Source of the DNA: Octopus sinensis
Lineage: Eukaryota
Direction: 5' to 3'
NCBI RefSeq assembly: GCF_006345805.1
Contig: NC_043000.1
Location: 156,612,001-156,676,000, forward strand
Length of the DNA: 64,000 nucleotides
Shown one piece after another: positions 12,836 to 24,630 of the stretch (position 1 is the first letter of the stretch; each line of letters begins with the position of its first letter). A program made the translations under genes and the position numbers. A model generated the notes under the pieces. That model was given only the letters and a program-made list of their open reading frames with translations. It made no database searches and was not told the DNA's origin.

Positions 12836-13549
12836 ATGTATGTATGTATGTATACACACACACTTATATATATATATATATATATATATAAATGTGTGTG
12901 TGTGTGTGTGTGTGAGTGCGTGTGTGTATATGTGCTTGTATTTATGTGCGTGTTCACAGGTTTCAGAATGAAATTGTCAACAGGTTATAAAAAGATACGA
13001 TGAAAGATTAGTCTATCGGAAATAACCACCCTACTAATGGTAATAACGGTAATAATGATGATGATGATGATGATGAGGTGTTTTCTTTTATTTGCTAGTA
13101 AGGCGAACGATGAGGTGGGGCGGGCAATGCAAAGACAGATATAACAATAACCTAATATCACGAGTACTTTTCCTGTAGACCGCATTGAATAGGTGTTTCC
13201 TGACCAGCTGTGACATCATCAAGACCATCCCATGCTAAAACTGAACTCATTTGCCTATTGTATACCTAACAGTGTCTTGTTTGGGTGTGTAAACTCGTCG
13301 CCAAGGCAACACGTGTGACATTATAGGTTGGGTTAAAATATGGGATCTGACAATAATAGCTCGAACGTATAATCGACACACCTGTATTTAAAATATTGCG
13401 GCACAGAACCCACACATAATCATCAGGTGCATATGAATACACCGAGACACACCCACACATATAACATAGATGGATGGTGGGACAGACTGGCAGACAAACA
13501 GACAGACTGAAAGATACACTGATAGACAAAGAGACTGGCCGGCATACAG

Positions 13550-13680
13550 AGAAGAAGGAGAAGAAGAAGGAGAATAAGAAGGAAGAGGGGGAGAAGAAGA
13601 AGAAGAAGGAGGAGGAGGAGGAGGAGGAGGAGAAGAAGAAGAAGAAGAAGAAGAAGAAGAAGAAGAAGAAGAAGAAGAAA
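13550..13680. repeat. (GAA)n/(GAG)n purine tract
   Basis: Direct reading. Confidence 0.95.
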
Positions 13681-14139
13681 TGCAATCTAAAATTACAGAT
13701 AGCAATGATAAAGCGGATGCCTAAGATGATATCATTTATTCAACTTGCTGATTATAAATGTTTATTCAGTTCAAACGAAGATGAACTTTCCGATAGAGCA
13801 GCATTTTAATGAATTTTCATGTTTGAAATGTTAAACATTTACCTCGTAATTGGATTTTAAAGCTCTATTAATTTTCTACTTTACTTTTTGTACGTATAAA
13901 TAAAGCTTGCAAATTCACTTTTGTTTACTGTATTTATCTTTTTTCATTTTAAAAATTCATAGCCTGAAACTGCATTGAATTATCAAATTAGAAATTAAAA
14001 TTCGGTATTGTGATGAGTTAATTGCTCGAGTATATTGGATAGGAATAAAACAGCAATGTAAATATTCATAAGAGCTGCGGAGCTAAATCTAATTAGGAGG
14101 ACAAGGTTTTTGATGCGTATATCTTCTTTTTTTAAATAT

Positions 14140-14593
14140 TTTTACTTTTTTCTGTCATTTGACTGTGGCCATGCTGGAGCATCACCTTTAGTCGAACAAA
14201 TCGACCCCAGAGCATATTCTGTGTAAGCCTAGTACTTATTCTATCGGGGACAAACACGGACACACAAACATACACACACATATATATATATATATATATC
14301 ATCACGTGACCGACCAGGCTATCAGATGTTGCTACACATCGCTGGTAACAATGCGCTTCGCATTGTTTTAGCATTCAAATGACGCTACCCCATAGCTAAG
14401 CGAGCAGGCCAACAGAAGAAAGAGTGAGAAAAATTGGCGGCGAAAGACTACAGCCACCCTCGTGGAGCTTTAGATGTTTTCGCTCAATAAACACTCACAA
14501 CGCCCGGTTTGGGAATCGAAACCGCGAGTCCGCTGCCCTAACCACTGAGCCATTGCGCCTCCACTATATATATACATATACATACATAAATAC

Positions 14594-14637
<44 letters not shown>

Positions 14638-14840
14638 ATATACATATATAAATATATGTATAAATATACATATATACGACGGGCTTCTTTCAGTTTCCGT
14701 CTACCAAATCCACTCACCAGGCTTTGGTCGGCCCGAGGCTATAGTAGAAGACACTTACCCAAGGTGCCACGCAGTGGGACTGAACCTATGACCATGTGGT
14801 TGGTAAACAAGGTACTTACCACACACACACTCCTGCGCCT
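14140..14840 (-). mobile_element. SINE family A interrupted by a family C SINE
   Basis: Tail 14140-14280 and head 14675-14840 match family A. Confidence 0.85.
14303..14563 (-). mobile_element. SINE family C head with an alternative 3' tail
   Basis: 14415-14563 matches the head of 54441-54826; 14303-14415 is unrelated to that copy's tail. Confidence 0.8.
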
Positions 14841-15164
14841 ATACTGGATAATTTTTGATATTATTACTGTATTTTGGACTTCTTTCCTTTATTCACTTCA
14901 AACAGTATCCAGCTATGGTTGCAACGCAATAGCTGCATCTTGAATTGAACCAGTGCCTCTAAAATATCATCTGTGTAATTGTCGACTCCTGAAGTATAGC
15001 AAAAAAAAATCTGTTTAAATAAGGACTCGAATTTTACACGAGTATGTATGTATGTATGTATGTATGTATGTATGTATGTATGTATGTATGTATGTATGTA
15101 TGTATGTATGTATGTATGTATGTATGTATGTATGTATGTATGTATGTATGTATGTGTGTGTGTC

Positions 15165-15375
15165 TCTTCTCTATTTAATTTCTTCCTCCGAAGAATGTAT
15201 GTATGTATGTATAGGCGCATCTTTGGAATGTAAATAACGAAAACAGTCACATTCTAAACCTCAGAAAAGTCTTACATAGTTTTACTGTTCCGCTTATAGA
15301 CTGTTTTTCTAATACGCGAATCACCTGGCTTATTTCTTTTTCTGAAAATCCAAACTTATCCAGATTGACAGTTAG
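15165..15375 (-). mobile_element. RLE element 3' fragment in (TACA)n, related to 1245-1690
   Basis: Shared AGAAAAGTCTT.CATA.TTTTACTG and TTATCCAGATT blocks; (ATGT)n flanks. Confidence 0.7.
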
Positions 15376-15689
15376 GCATGTATGTATGTATGTATGTATG
15401 TATGTATTTATGTATGTATGTATGTATGTATGTATGTATGTATGTATATATGTATGTATGTATGATTGTATGTATGTATGTATGTATGTATGTATGTATG
15501 TATGTATGTATATATGTATGTATGATTGTATGTATGTATGTATGTATGTATGTATATATGTATGTATGATTGTATGTATGATTGTATGTATGTATGTATG
15601 TATGTATGTACGTATGCATGTATGTATGTATGTATGTATGTATGTATGTATGTATGTATGTATGTATGTATGTATGTATGTATGTATGT

Positions 15690-16050
15690 ACTCTTTTATT
15701 GTAAATTATCTGAGTTGTTCCTCAAAGGAAGAAGCTGGTTTCTAACAAAGATAGAAAACTCCATCATTTGAATGTTGATAACAAAAGTAATATCACATGC
15801 TTATCTTCAGAAAAGTCTTGCATATTTTTATTGTTCCACTTTCAGATTGTATTTGCAACGACTTATTGGCTGGTTGATTTCTGTTTCTGGAAACTGGCAT
15901 AAATGTGAATATATAATCTGTGCATAGAAGCTATAAGTTTCGAAACCACAGACTGTTGTTATCCTCTTTCTTTTTGTTTTTCAAAAAAATATTTACATCA
16001 GTACGGCAACTGGCCTTCATGATAGTACGTAATTTTTCCTGTCTGTACCT
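15690..16050 (-). mobile_element. RLE element 3' fragment next to (TACA)n, related to 1245-1690
   Basis: Shared AGC.GGTTTC.AACAAAGATA and AGAAAAGTCTTGCATA blocks. Confidence 0.7.
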
Positions 16051-16207
16051 AATGTTTAGAATGCTTATGATAACAAATTTTCTTAATGTGGGATGACCTG
16101 GAGCTAAACACGCTGACTTTGCAATATCTCAAAGATGTGGCTGACTCTGAAAAGACTCAACAAACATTTTGATGAGCCGTAATTAACAAGATAATAAAGG
16201 TGTAGAA

Positions 16208-16557
16208 CAGGGGTTCTCAACCATTTTTTACCTATGAACGCCTTTGATTACTAACTTATTCTGGTTCCCCTCCCCCATCAAGCCATTCCTTGCTTAACAA
16301 CTAGTTTTATAGAAACTTCTTCAAAGATTCTTATTTTCTTTTTCACACGTTACTTCGCGTAGGATGAACTATGCAAAATGTTAGAAAGAGAAACCTGTTT
16401 GTAGATTATATACCAATGCGTACTTCTAAAACAAAATTTATTCTGGGACCTTTCAAATACTATTGTAGATTCATAATTTTCTTATATTGTTGCGTGGACC
16501 CATTTAAAATCTTATATGGACCCCATGGGCCATATGGAACCCGGTTGAGAACCACTG
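16208..16557. mobile_element. hAT-type MITE
   Basis: TIRs CAGGGGTTCTCAACC / GGTTGAGAACCACTG; 8-bp TSD GTGTAGAA/ATGTAGAA. Confidence 0.9.
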
Positions 16558-17902
16558 ATGTAGAAGAAAAGATAAGTTCAATAGTATTTATTCTCAAATT
16601 GCTGTGAAGCTACTACAATAAGATTGGAGAATATGGAGACAGTGGTTGACGATCTACGATTTCATTTCAATATGAATAGTAACTGATGTATTGATCAATT
16701 TTTTGTTGGTAGATTTAATCTGTCACCCCCCCCCCAGTTTAATCTCAACATTACTTCTTCCATCAGCGATCGTTGGTTGTTGATCTTCGTTTTTTGACAA
16801 AGAGTGGAAGAGCAGGGAAATTGAATCAGAAATAAGAAAAGGAACAAGAAATGTGAAAAACACAATACAAAATCTGCCAGTGGTAGAACATATTTCTTAT
16901 ATATTTTAAATTATAAATTTGAACGAATCTACAGAGAATATATTGAAATAGAATTTTAAAAAAGCCCAGAGTATTGTGACATAAGATCGATACAAATCGA
17001 ACTCAAAACAATACTCGACTCGCCGGTGATTAACTTCTACGTAGAAGGACTTACTAGCGACTCTGATATTGGCTTCCTTCTAATAAGTCCGCATTGCCTA
17101 TCCTTTAAAATATATAAAAGGTGTTAAGAAGGAAATCTTAGCATTATTTCCTCCAAGATATAGCAGTCAGATTTCCCCCGAAATCACTCCTTCGCATTCA
17201 AAATAAAAAAGAAGGATACACTGAATAATGCAATCCTATATATACTGTGTCTAATTAAAATTCGAGATGGTAAGTGAGGGACTTTTAGATCTCAGATCTC
17301 CCCTATTACACAGAACAACAGCAAAAGGTTAAGAATTAGGCGATCATATCGTTCATGCCCTCTTCATTGATTTATTGCGTTTGAAGTGAAATAACTTCAA
17401 CTAGGAATCGAAACTGCAGCATATATTCGACTTTTCAGTAGCTTAACTTCTAACTCTATATCATTCTTTATTAGAACACTAGAATCTAATTTCAAGATGA
17501 CTAAAAATTCCAGGCTCTTTATTTCTAGCGGTAGCAGAATATGAAAGAGCACTTCGTATTGCTTTCTCTCCCTTAGGCCATAAATGATCAAGTGGTTTAC
17601 AGTAGAAAATTCAAACCGGATAGAAGATTCCCTATAACTACCACCTATTTCTGGATTATATAAGGGCAAATTTTAGTAAATGCTATATAGCCCACAGCCA
17701 ACTCAGATCGAGAAGGCCTTTGAACAGAGATATTCCAGGCATGACTCATCTTTTCAATGTGTCAGGAACTACAGTATCAATGTGTTCTTCGTTATTTTCT
17801 TAAGGGCGGTAGGTTGTGATTTGTGGGAAATTATTTTCTGTTCGAGACACTTTTTAAATTGTTGGTTTAAATCTTTGTATATTAGAAATATAGAAGATAC
17901 GG

Positions 17903-18112
17903 CTTCAAAGTTTGGCACTGGGCCAGCAGTTTTTGAGGGGAAGGGGAAGTCGATTACATCTACCTCTGTACTTGACTGGTGTTTATTTTAACGACACCGA
18001 AAAGATGTAAGGCAAAATGACCTCAACGGAATTTGAACTCAGAACGTAAGGAAGGCGAAATGCCGCTGAGCATTTAGTTCGGCGCGCTAACGGTTCTAAT
18101 CAGCTCGCCGCG
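17903..18112 (-). mobile_element. SINE family B, diverged
   Basis: GGAATTTGAACTCAGAACGTAA..GCGCGCTAACG matches the B head in reverse. Confidence 0.8.
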
Positions 18113-18129
18113 TTGTAGAAGGTAAATAT

Positions 18130-18495
18130 GAATCGAAATAGATGTGTATAGCTTCACAACCAAGAGGACCCAGGTTCGTTTCTTCTTTGCAGCAACTTCG
18201 ACAAGGGTTTTTTTTCACTTTAGCATCAGATCAACGCAAGATGTTTTATCAAATCGGGTTGACGGAAACTGTGTAGAAGTTCATTGAATTGATGTTTGTA
18301 CCTGCAATTAAAAGGTACCGGCCTTATCACATAATGGGGATACATTGGTTCGAACGGAGAATTACGTTAAAAGAAGATACACGTTTCTGTAGAGTACTCA
18401 GCCACCAACATGTTAATTTAACGTGGTTCAAATGATCGAACAACGTTCAGTTTATCGAACAACTGCAATCTCATTGTCGAAACTGTCGTGAGATC
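18130..18495 (+). mobile_element. Old mosaic SINE (A-like head, C-like tail)
   Basis: GACGGAAACTG block as in A, then TGTACCTG..CCGGCCTT..TACACGT.TCTGT.GAGT.CTCAGCCAC as in C. Confidence 0.6.
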
Positions 18496-18704
18496 CATAA
18501 TCATTAATTATATAAAGCACCTTTTTGAAAAGAGATTGAAGAGTTGTGGGCCTTTGAAACTCAAGCTGTTACAGTATCTGGTAGTGTATCTTGGTGGCAA
18601 TGTTAGGATCTTTGGCACTATGCAGTGTCACCCCTTTCTGATGATTGCGTAACTTTCAATGCCACAGTTTGTTACAAGTCCTAGGATTTTTCAAATGTAT
18701 AGAT

Positions 18705-18905
18705 CAGTGGTTTTCAACCAGGGTTCCGTCAGTACAGTCCAGGGGTTCCGCAAGAAATTACAAAAATGCTAAAATCGACAGTAATTTTTAATTCTCCTGT
18801 GCAGATATGTGTGGATAAGACAATTAAATTATTGCACAGGGGTTCCTCGAGCCAGTGAAATGTTTTCTTGGGGTTCCGCTCCAGCAAAAAGGTTGAAAAG
18901 CACTG
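18705..18905. mobile_element. hAT-type MITE
   Basis: TIRs CAGTGGTTTTCAACC / GGTTGAAAAGCACTG; perfect 8-bp TSD GTATAGAT. Confidence 0.92.
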
Positions 18906-20201
18906 GTATAGATTAACACTCTACTCCTACAACGAAGGTATGAAATATATGCAATATATATATCACTGAGTGTTTTTTTTTCCCCGCTTTCGTTCTAGGG
19001 GATAGAATCTCAATTTTTATTCAGCCTTTCTCCGTAACTGACAAATCACGTTGAAACGATCTTGTTTGTATTGCATCGATGGATTACTTCTAGTTCTACC
19101 GTTAATTTTACACTGCTCTTTATAAGCTCTTTTTACAATGCTCTTTATAAGCGATTAATGATTTTCTTTCAATTTCATTCATTCATTTTCATTTAATTTG
19201 ATGTTTGCCATTTTATATACATAAAGCGAAAGATCACTTTGTCTGAACAGCTGGAGCCATGACGTTTACCAATGCCTTTGTGACTGGTAAGTGGAGGGGC
19301 AAAAGTTATCCTCAGATAGGAAAACTTTGTATAAATACAACAAAGTTCACTATACAAGAGGCAGCTGAGGGTTAACATTTAGTGTAAAAGAAAACGAAGG
19401 ATTAAGTGTTTCTTCCAAAACTTTATGGTACCTAAAAATAAAAGGCAGGTCACCGCTTGAAGATTTCTTTTTCCTTTTCTTTTTTTTTTTTATCGCAGGC
19501 TTGTTCAGTCAAGGCTGAATCGATTCTGTAAAATACAAAAGAAAATCAACCAACATCAGTCACTAAACAAAGTAGGTTAGTAGACATAAATATATTTCTC
19601 TCTGGGTGACCTTCGAAGTCGTGTAAGGACATGTTAACTCCCAGCAGCAGCAGAAGCAGAAGCAACAGCGACAGTAGCAGCAGCAGCGGTACCTGCTGGC
19701 AAGTGCTTACCTGTTATAATTGTCATTCTTGTTTCTATTGTCGGTACTGTTTGTTTACCATAGTGGTGTGAAGTTTTGCTGGTCGCTTACGTGAAAGCCG
19801 ATAAGATATGAGTCAATTTATGCAGGAAAAGGATTGGCGATTTATTTGCTTTCTTTAGTTTTTCATTTATTTTCTACCTTCGTCATCGTTAAAAATGAAC
19901 GAAGCTATAAAAATATAAAAGAATACCTATAAACGTGTACACATAGACAAATACACGAAACTATGTCTAATATGGTCGTATGTATGTATGTAAGTATGCA
20001 CGTATGCATATATATATATAAAACTATCTTCCCCCTCTCTGTATATCTATCTATCTATCTATCTATCTATATATCTATCTATCTATCTATCTATCTATGT
20101 ATTTATGTATGTATGTATGTATGCATGTATGTATGTATGTGTGTGTGTATGTATGTATGTATGTATGTATTTATGTATGTATGTGTGTGTGTGTATGTAT
20201 G

Positions 20202-20259
<58 letters not shown>

Positions 20260-20286
20260 TATCTTCCCCTTCTCTGTATATATATA

Positions 20287-20440
20287 TATAAACTTATAAA
20301 TAAGGGCAAACGAAAAGAATTTCTAATGCCAACATTTTTTTTCGTTTACCCTTATTTATAAGTTTATAAATTTAACCTTTAAAGGTATTTTTTAATATGC
20401 TGGCCATTGATAAAATTTTCTTTCGAAAAAATTTTATCTT
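20287..20440 (+). mobile_element. PLE-like tail remnant with 5' inverted arm and terminal hairpin
   Basis: 20287-20316 is the reverse complement of 20339-20368; 20341-20415 resembles the reverse complement of 38147-38216. Confidence 0.65.
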
Positions 20441-20483
20441 ACATTAGATGTATATATATAGATATATATACATGTATGTATGC

Positions 20484-20518
<35 letters not shown>

Positions 20519-20532
20519 TATGTATGTATATG

Positions 20533-20614
<82 letters not shown>

Positions 20615-21092
20615 ATGTACATATATACCTATGATATATAAATACCCTAACACACGCCTACTTACATTTATTACATAGGTAAAAGGATTTTCGCCGGCAT
20701 CAGCGATCATTGGGTGAATTAGCTGCTCGCTAAAATTCACGTGGCAGTAGATGACTATTTCAGTGACACGTGTTCTTTTAATAAGACTCTCAACCAATTT
20801 CGGTATGAAACAATGCATTACAAGGTTGAAGCTTTGAATTTCAACCACTGACCATCTGATGGGCTTCTTCACAGCCTCTGTGAAGTCGGTTCTACTTATA
20901 AATCATGGGTCGAGCCTAGGCTACGAAACAAAAAGTGAATTGCTCAAGATGTCACATAGTGGAATCGAACTTGAGCTTGAGGTTTCTTGATTGCGATGGC
21001 ATTTTTCTTTACCATTTGGCCATGCTACATCCACATAACATGTCGGCACACAGAGACGAGATAAAGACATCCTCACCCCACCTCTCTCTCTC

Positions 21093-21133
<41 letters not shown>

Positions 21134-21216
21134 CTCTTTTGTCTTAACAACGGTCAATCACACAGTAATTTCTCTTTGTATAACAGTAATTTTTCATAGC
21201 ATTTTCCCAATGGGCG

Positions 21217-21277
21217 GATAACTGAAGAGATGGAGGCGTGGATTTCCACCTCGGCATCCGAAACTCGGAGTTTTATT
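21217..21277 (+). ncRNA. Candidate type I hammerhead ribozyme
   Basis: GATAA-CTGAAGA-[GATG..GTGG ATTT CCAC..CATC]C-GAAA-CTC G GAG-TT-TTATT; intact core, palindromic stem III. Confidence 0.7.
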
Positions 21278-21379
21278 ATCGCTACCGGATAATTGTCACA
21301 TATTACATTTACAGATAAATTCCTCTCTTTACATAATATCGAGGTCTCTTTCTTTCTTTTGTTGTCTTACCATTTTTAT

Positions 21380-21445
<66 letters not shown>

Positions 21446-22176
21446 GCAGACAGACACACACACGCACACACATATATAAATGAAGGTACAAAACAACACC
21501 TACAATTTCTAGAAATGAAAGCGGAAATTTAACTCGAACAGCCACAAAAAAGCAATAACCTCATGACATATTCGAGACTGCGAGCAACATGCCACAACAT
21601 CTTTCTTTGGCGAGATAAACTCACAGAATGAAATAGTGTGACAAAATCTTATAACGTGATTTCGAAATTTCATCAATATGATCTTGTTTCTCGTCAGTGG
21701 TTTCCACACTTACTCCGGGTTAAAAGAGACAACCTACCTCGCATTCGTTCATAAGAAAAAACCGTTGAAAAGCGAGCGCTAAAATTCAACGATTATAATG
21801 TATAGTAACATGCAATAAGATATAATAATATATTAATATAAAAGGATATATTAAATACATTATGATATATGTCGTTATAGCTATTTTGCACCGTCATTTA
21901 TTAATTTTACCTTTTTCGTTTTAATTGACATAGCCATATATTATTATAATGTATTTAGTATATCTTACTTGCAACCTCTTCAATAGTCTATTGAAGAGGT
22001 TACAAGACGCAACGAAAATTTTAGGAAAATAAAAATAAGTGGAAATTTTACTGGTGAGTGTGTTAAATTATAAGGCACAAAAAGAAAATGACTCTCCCCA
22101 GACAGAACAGAATATGCTTCAACACAAGAACTCATATAAAGAATCTTACAAACCAAATCCAAATATAAATACACAC

Positions 22177-22224
<48 letters not shown>

Positions 22225-22227
22225 GCA

Positions 22228-22268
<41 letters not shown>

Positions 22269-22792
22269 GCAATGTAGTCCGGCGTTGCCCGGGTGTTATG
22301 ACCGACTGCGGTATTGTATTATTTGTGTCTTTTTTATGGGCTCAATCGACATACGAGGAATATCAAGCAAACAACGCTTCTTTATGAACATGTTTTCCGG
22401 TTATTTTCTGATGAACTATGCTGAAATTTTTGACTCCAAAATCATGTACAGTGGCAGCTTAGATTAGAATGAAATCCTTACATTGCCCCCAAAATGATCT
22501 AAAAATTGTGCGACAGAGCCTTGTTTTGGTGTTAATTTTTGTAGTAAAGTAGGATTGCTGTACAAAAAAATACTATTCGCCGGTATCTGAAAGATTGCAC
22601 AATCTTTTAATATATGATACAGCAATATTGGCAACTCATTTTCATGGCTACAAATCAGATAAGCTGAAATAGTTCTTACGTGTCCCATAATATTTGTTGA
22701 TAACAGTGAACCACACAAATATACATTAGCTACGCCAATGAAAAGCATTATGGTTTTCTATAAGCATATGTGGTATCAGTTTATATCAAATT

Positions 22793-23025
22793 AAGGCGGC
22801 GAACTGGCAGACACGTTAGCGCGCCGGGCGAAATGCTTAGCGGTATTTCGTCTGTCGTTACGTTCTGAGTTCATATTCCGCCGGGGTCAACTTTGCCTTT
22901 CATCCTTTCGCGGTCGATAAATAAAGTACCAGTTTCGCACTGGGGTCGATATAATCGACTCAATCCCTTCGTCTGTCCTTGTTTGTCCCCTCTATGTTTA
23001 GCCCCTTGTGGGCAGTAAAGAAATA
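22793..23025 (+). mobile_element. SINE family B, full length
   Basis: tRNA-like head (TGGCAGACACGTTAG, GAGTTCATATTCC), conserved core, tail; approximate TSD TATATCAA. Confidence 0.9.
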
Positions 23026-23364
23026 TATATCAATATTGATGCCAACAGAAGAAAAAAGGGATTTTTTGGGCTGTATGTATATGTAAGGATATGAATAAAT
23101 AGTGTTAGTGATGTAGGCAGTTTGGCATAAATGTATACGGGCGTTGGGCTTCTTGAAAATAAATGGGCTATGCTGGTATGCAGAGTAATGGAGCGATGAA
23201 CCTCGAAAGACTAAAAATTAAAGTAAAGTATATTAATTTTTTGCGCGAGAAAAAACTATGTTTTGCTTTTGAGTGCAAACGTGCAAAAGTAAGCAATCAA
23301 GAATTATGAATATAAAGAAATGGATGACGTATGAGAAGGTAGAGGTATCCGTATTACAGAAGGT

Positions 23365-23878
23365 AAGGATTCAAGCCTCTTCTCCTTATCTCCTCAAAGA
23401 CATACAGCATCTCGAAAGAGTCCAGAAGCTGGCTACCCGCATGGTTCTTGGTCTCAAGAATTTGTCTTATGAAGAAAGGCTGAAGACGCTCGACCTTTAT
23501 TCTCTAGAAAAACAACGACGCCGTGGTGATCGCATTCTTGCTCACAACATCATAAGCGGAAAGTGTAACCTCTCGAAAGAGCTGTTCTTCACTCCTGCTC
23601 CAGAGCGTTGGCTGCGGGGTCATTCCGAAAAGCTCTATCTGCGACGATTTCATCTCAATCGAAGGAGAGGGGCTTTCTCTGTCCAGGTTGCGGATCCGTG
23701 GAATAAGCTGCCGGACGAGATGGTGAAGATGCCGACGACCGCTTTGTTCAAAGCCTCCCTTGACCTCAAGTGGCCTGAACTCTTTACATGAACACCACCC
23801 TGTACATAACTCCATGTCCCCCTACATGGCCTTGCTTTTTGCTTTTTGAGCCAAAAAGTAACTAACTAACTAACTAAC
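23365..23878 (+). mobile_element. CR1-like LINE 3' end with (TAAC)n tail
   Basis: LERVQKLATRMV.GL..LSYEERLK.L.LYSLE..RRRGD..LRGH..WNKLP..FKASLD. Confidence 0.92.
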
Positions 23879-24573
23879 ATGGAAAGAAAGGTGCTTCATT
23901 GTGAAAAGTACCATCTCTGTAATGTTTGGGCAGGCTGCACACTTCTGCGTATGTTCAGAGAAATCGACAGTGTTTCTGGGTAAACTATGTCTTGTGTGAC
24001 AGAAAGCCCAGCATGCTAGAAACAACACGTAAATGACATTATTTCTGAAGAAATTTCCCCGCTTTCCAAAAAGCTAAAAGTGAAAGATTGGGAGTTTATA
24101 GCTTCTTGAAAGTGTTGAGGTGATGGGTGGATGTTGAGGAAGGAGATTTTAGTGTTCCTTTAAGAAAATTCTTAAAGATTCGTACTCTGTTTTTACTCCG
24201 TGGATTACCATGAAAAAAATTTCGAAAAAAGTAAAAAATGAAAAAAATGAGGTGGAGAGGGAGAAAATTAAAATATTGAGAACGTGTTTTTTGAGCGAAA
24301 TTCTAATCTCCTCTATGGAAAACAAAGAAGTCGGAAGAAATTTGGGAAAAACTAAGGGTGAGGCGCAAATGTCACCTCGGACATGCTAGAAACAACAGGC
24401 AAAGGATTTCTGCGAGAACTTCCTTTTAAGTTTATATCAAAGATCATGTTTTTAAACACGCTCATTACAAACACAAATTACAGAATAGAAAAAGGCCTTT
24501 ACAATTGGATTTGAGCTGTAATTTTGCGCGTGCACACAGCAAGAAATATCGTAATTCGTACAAAGGTTTTTAC

Positions 24574-24630
<57 letters not shown>

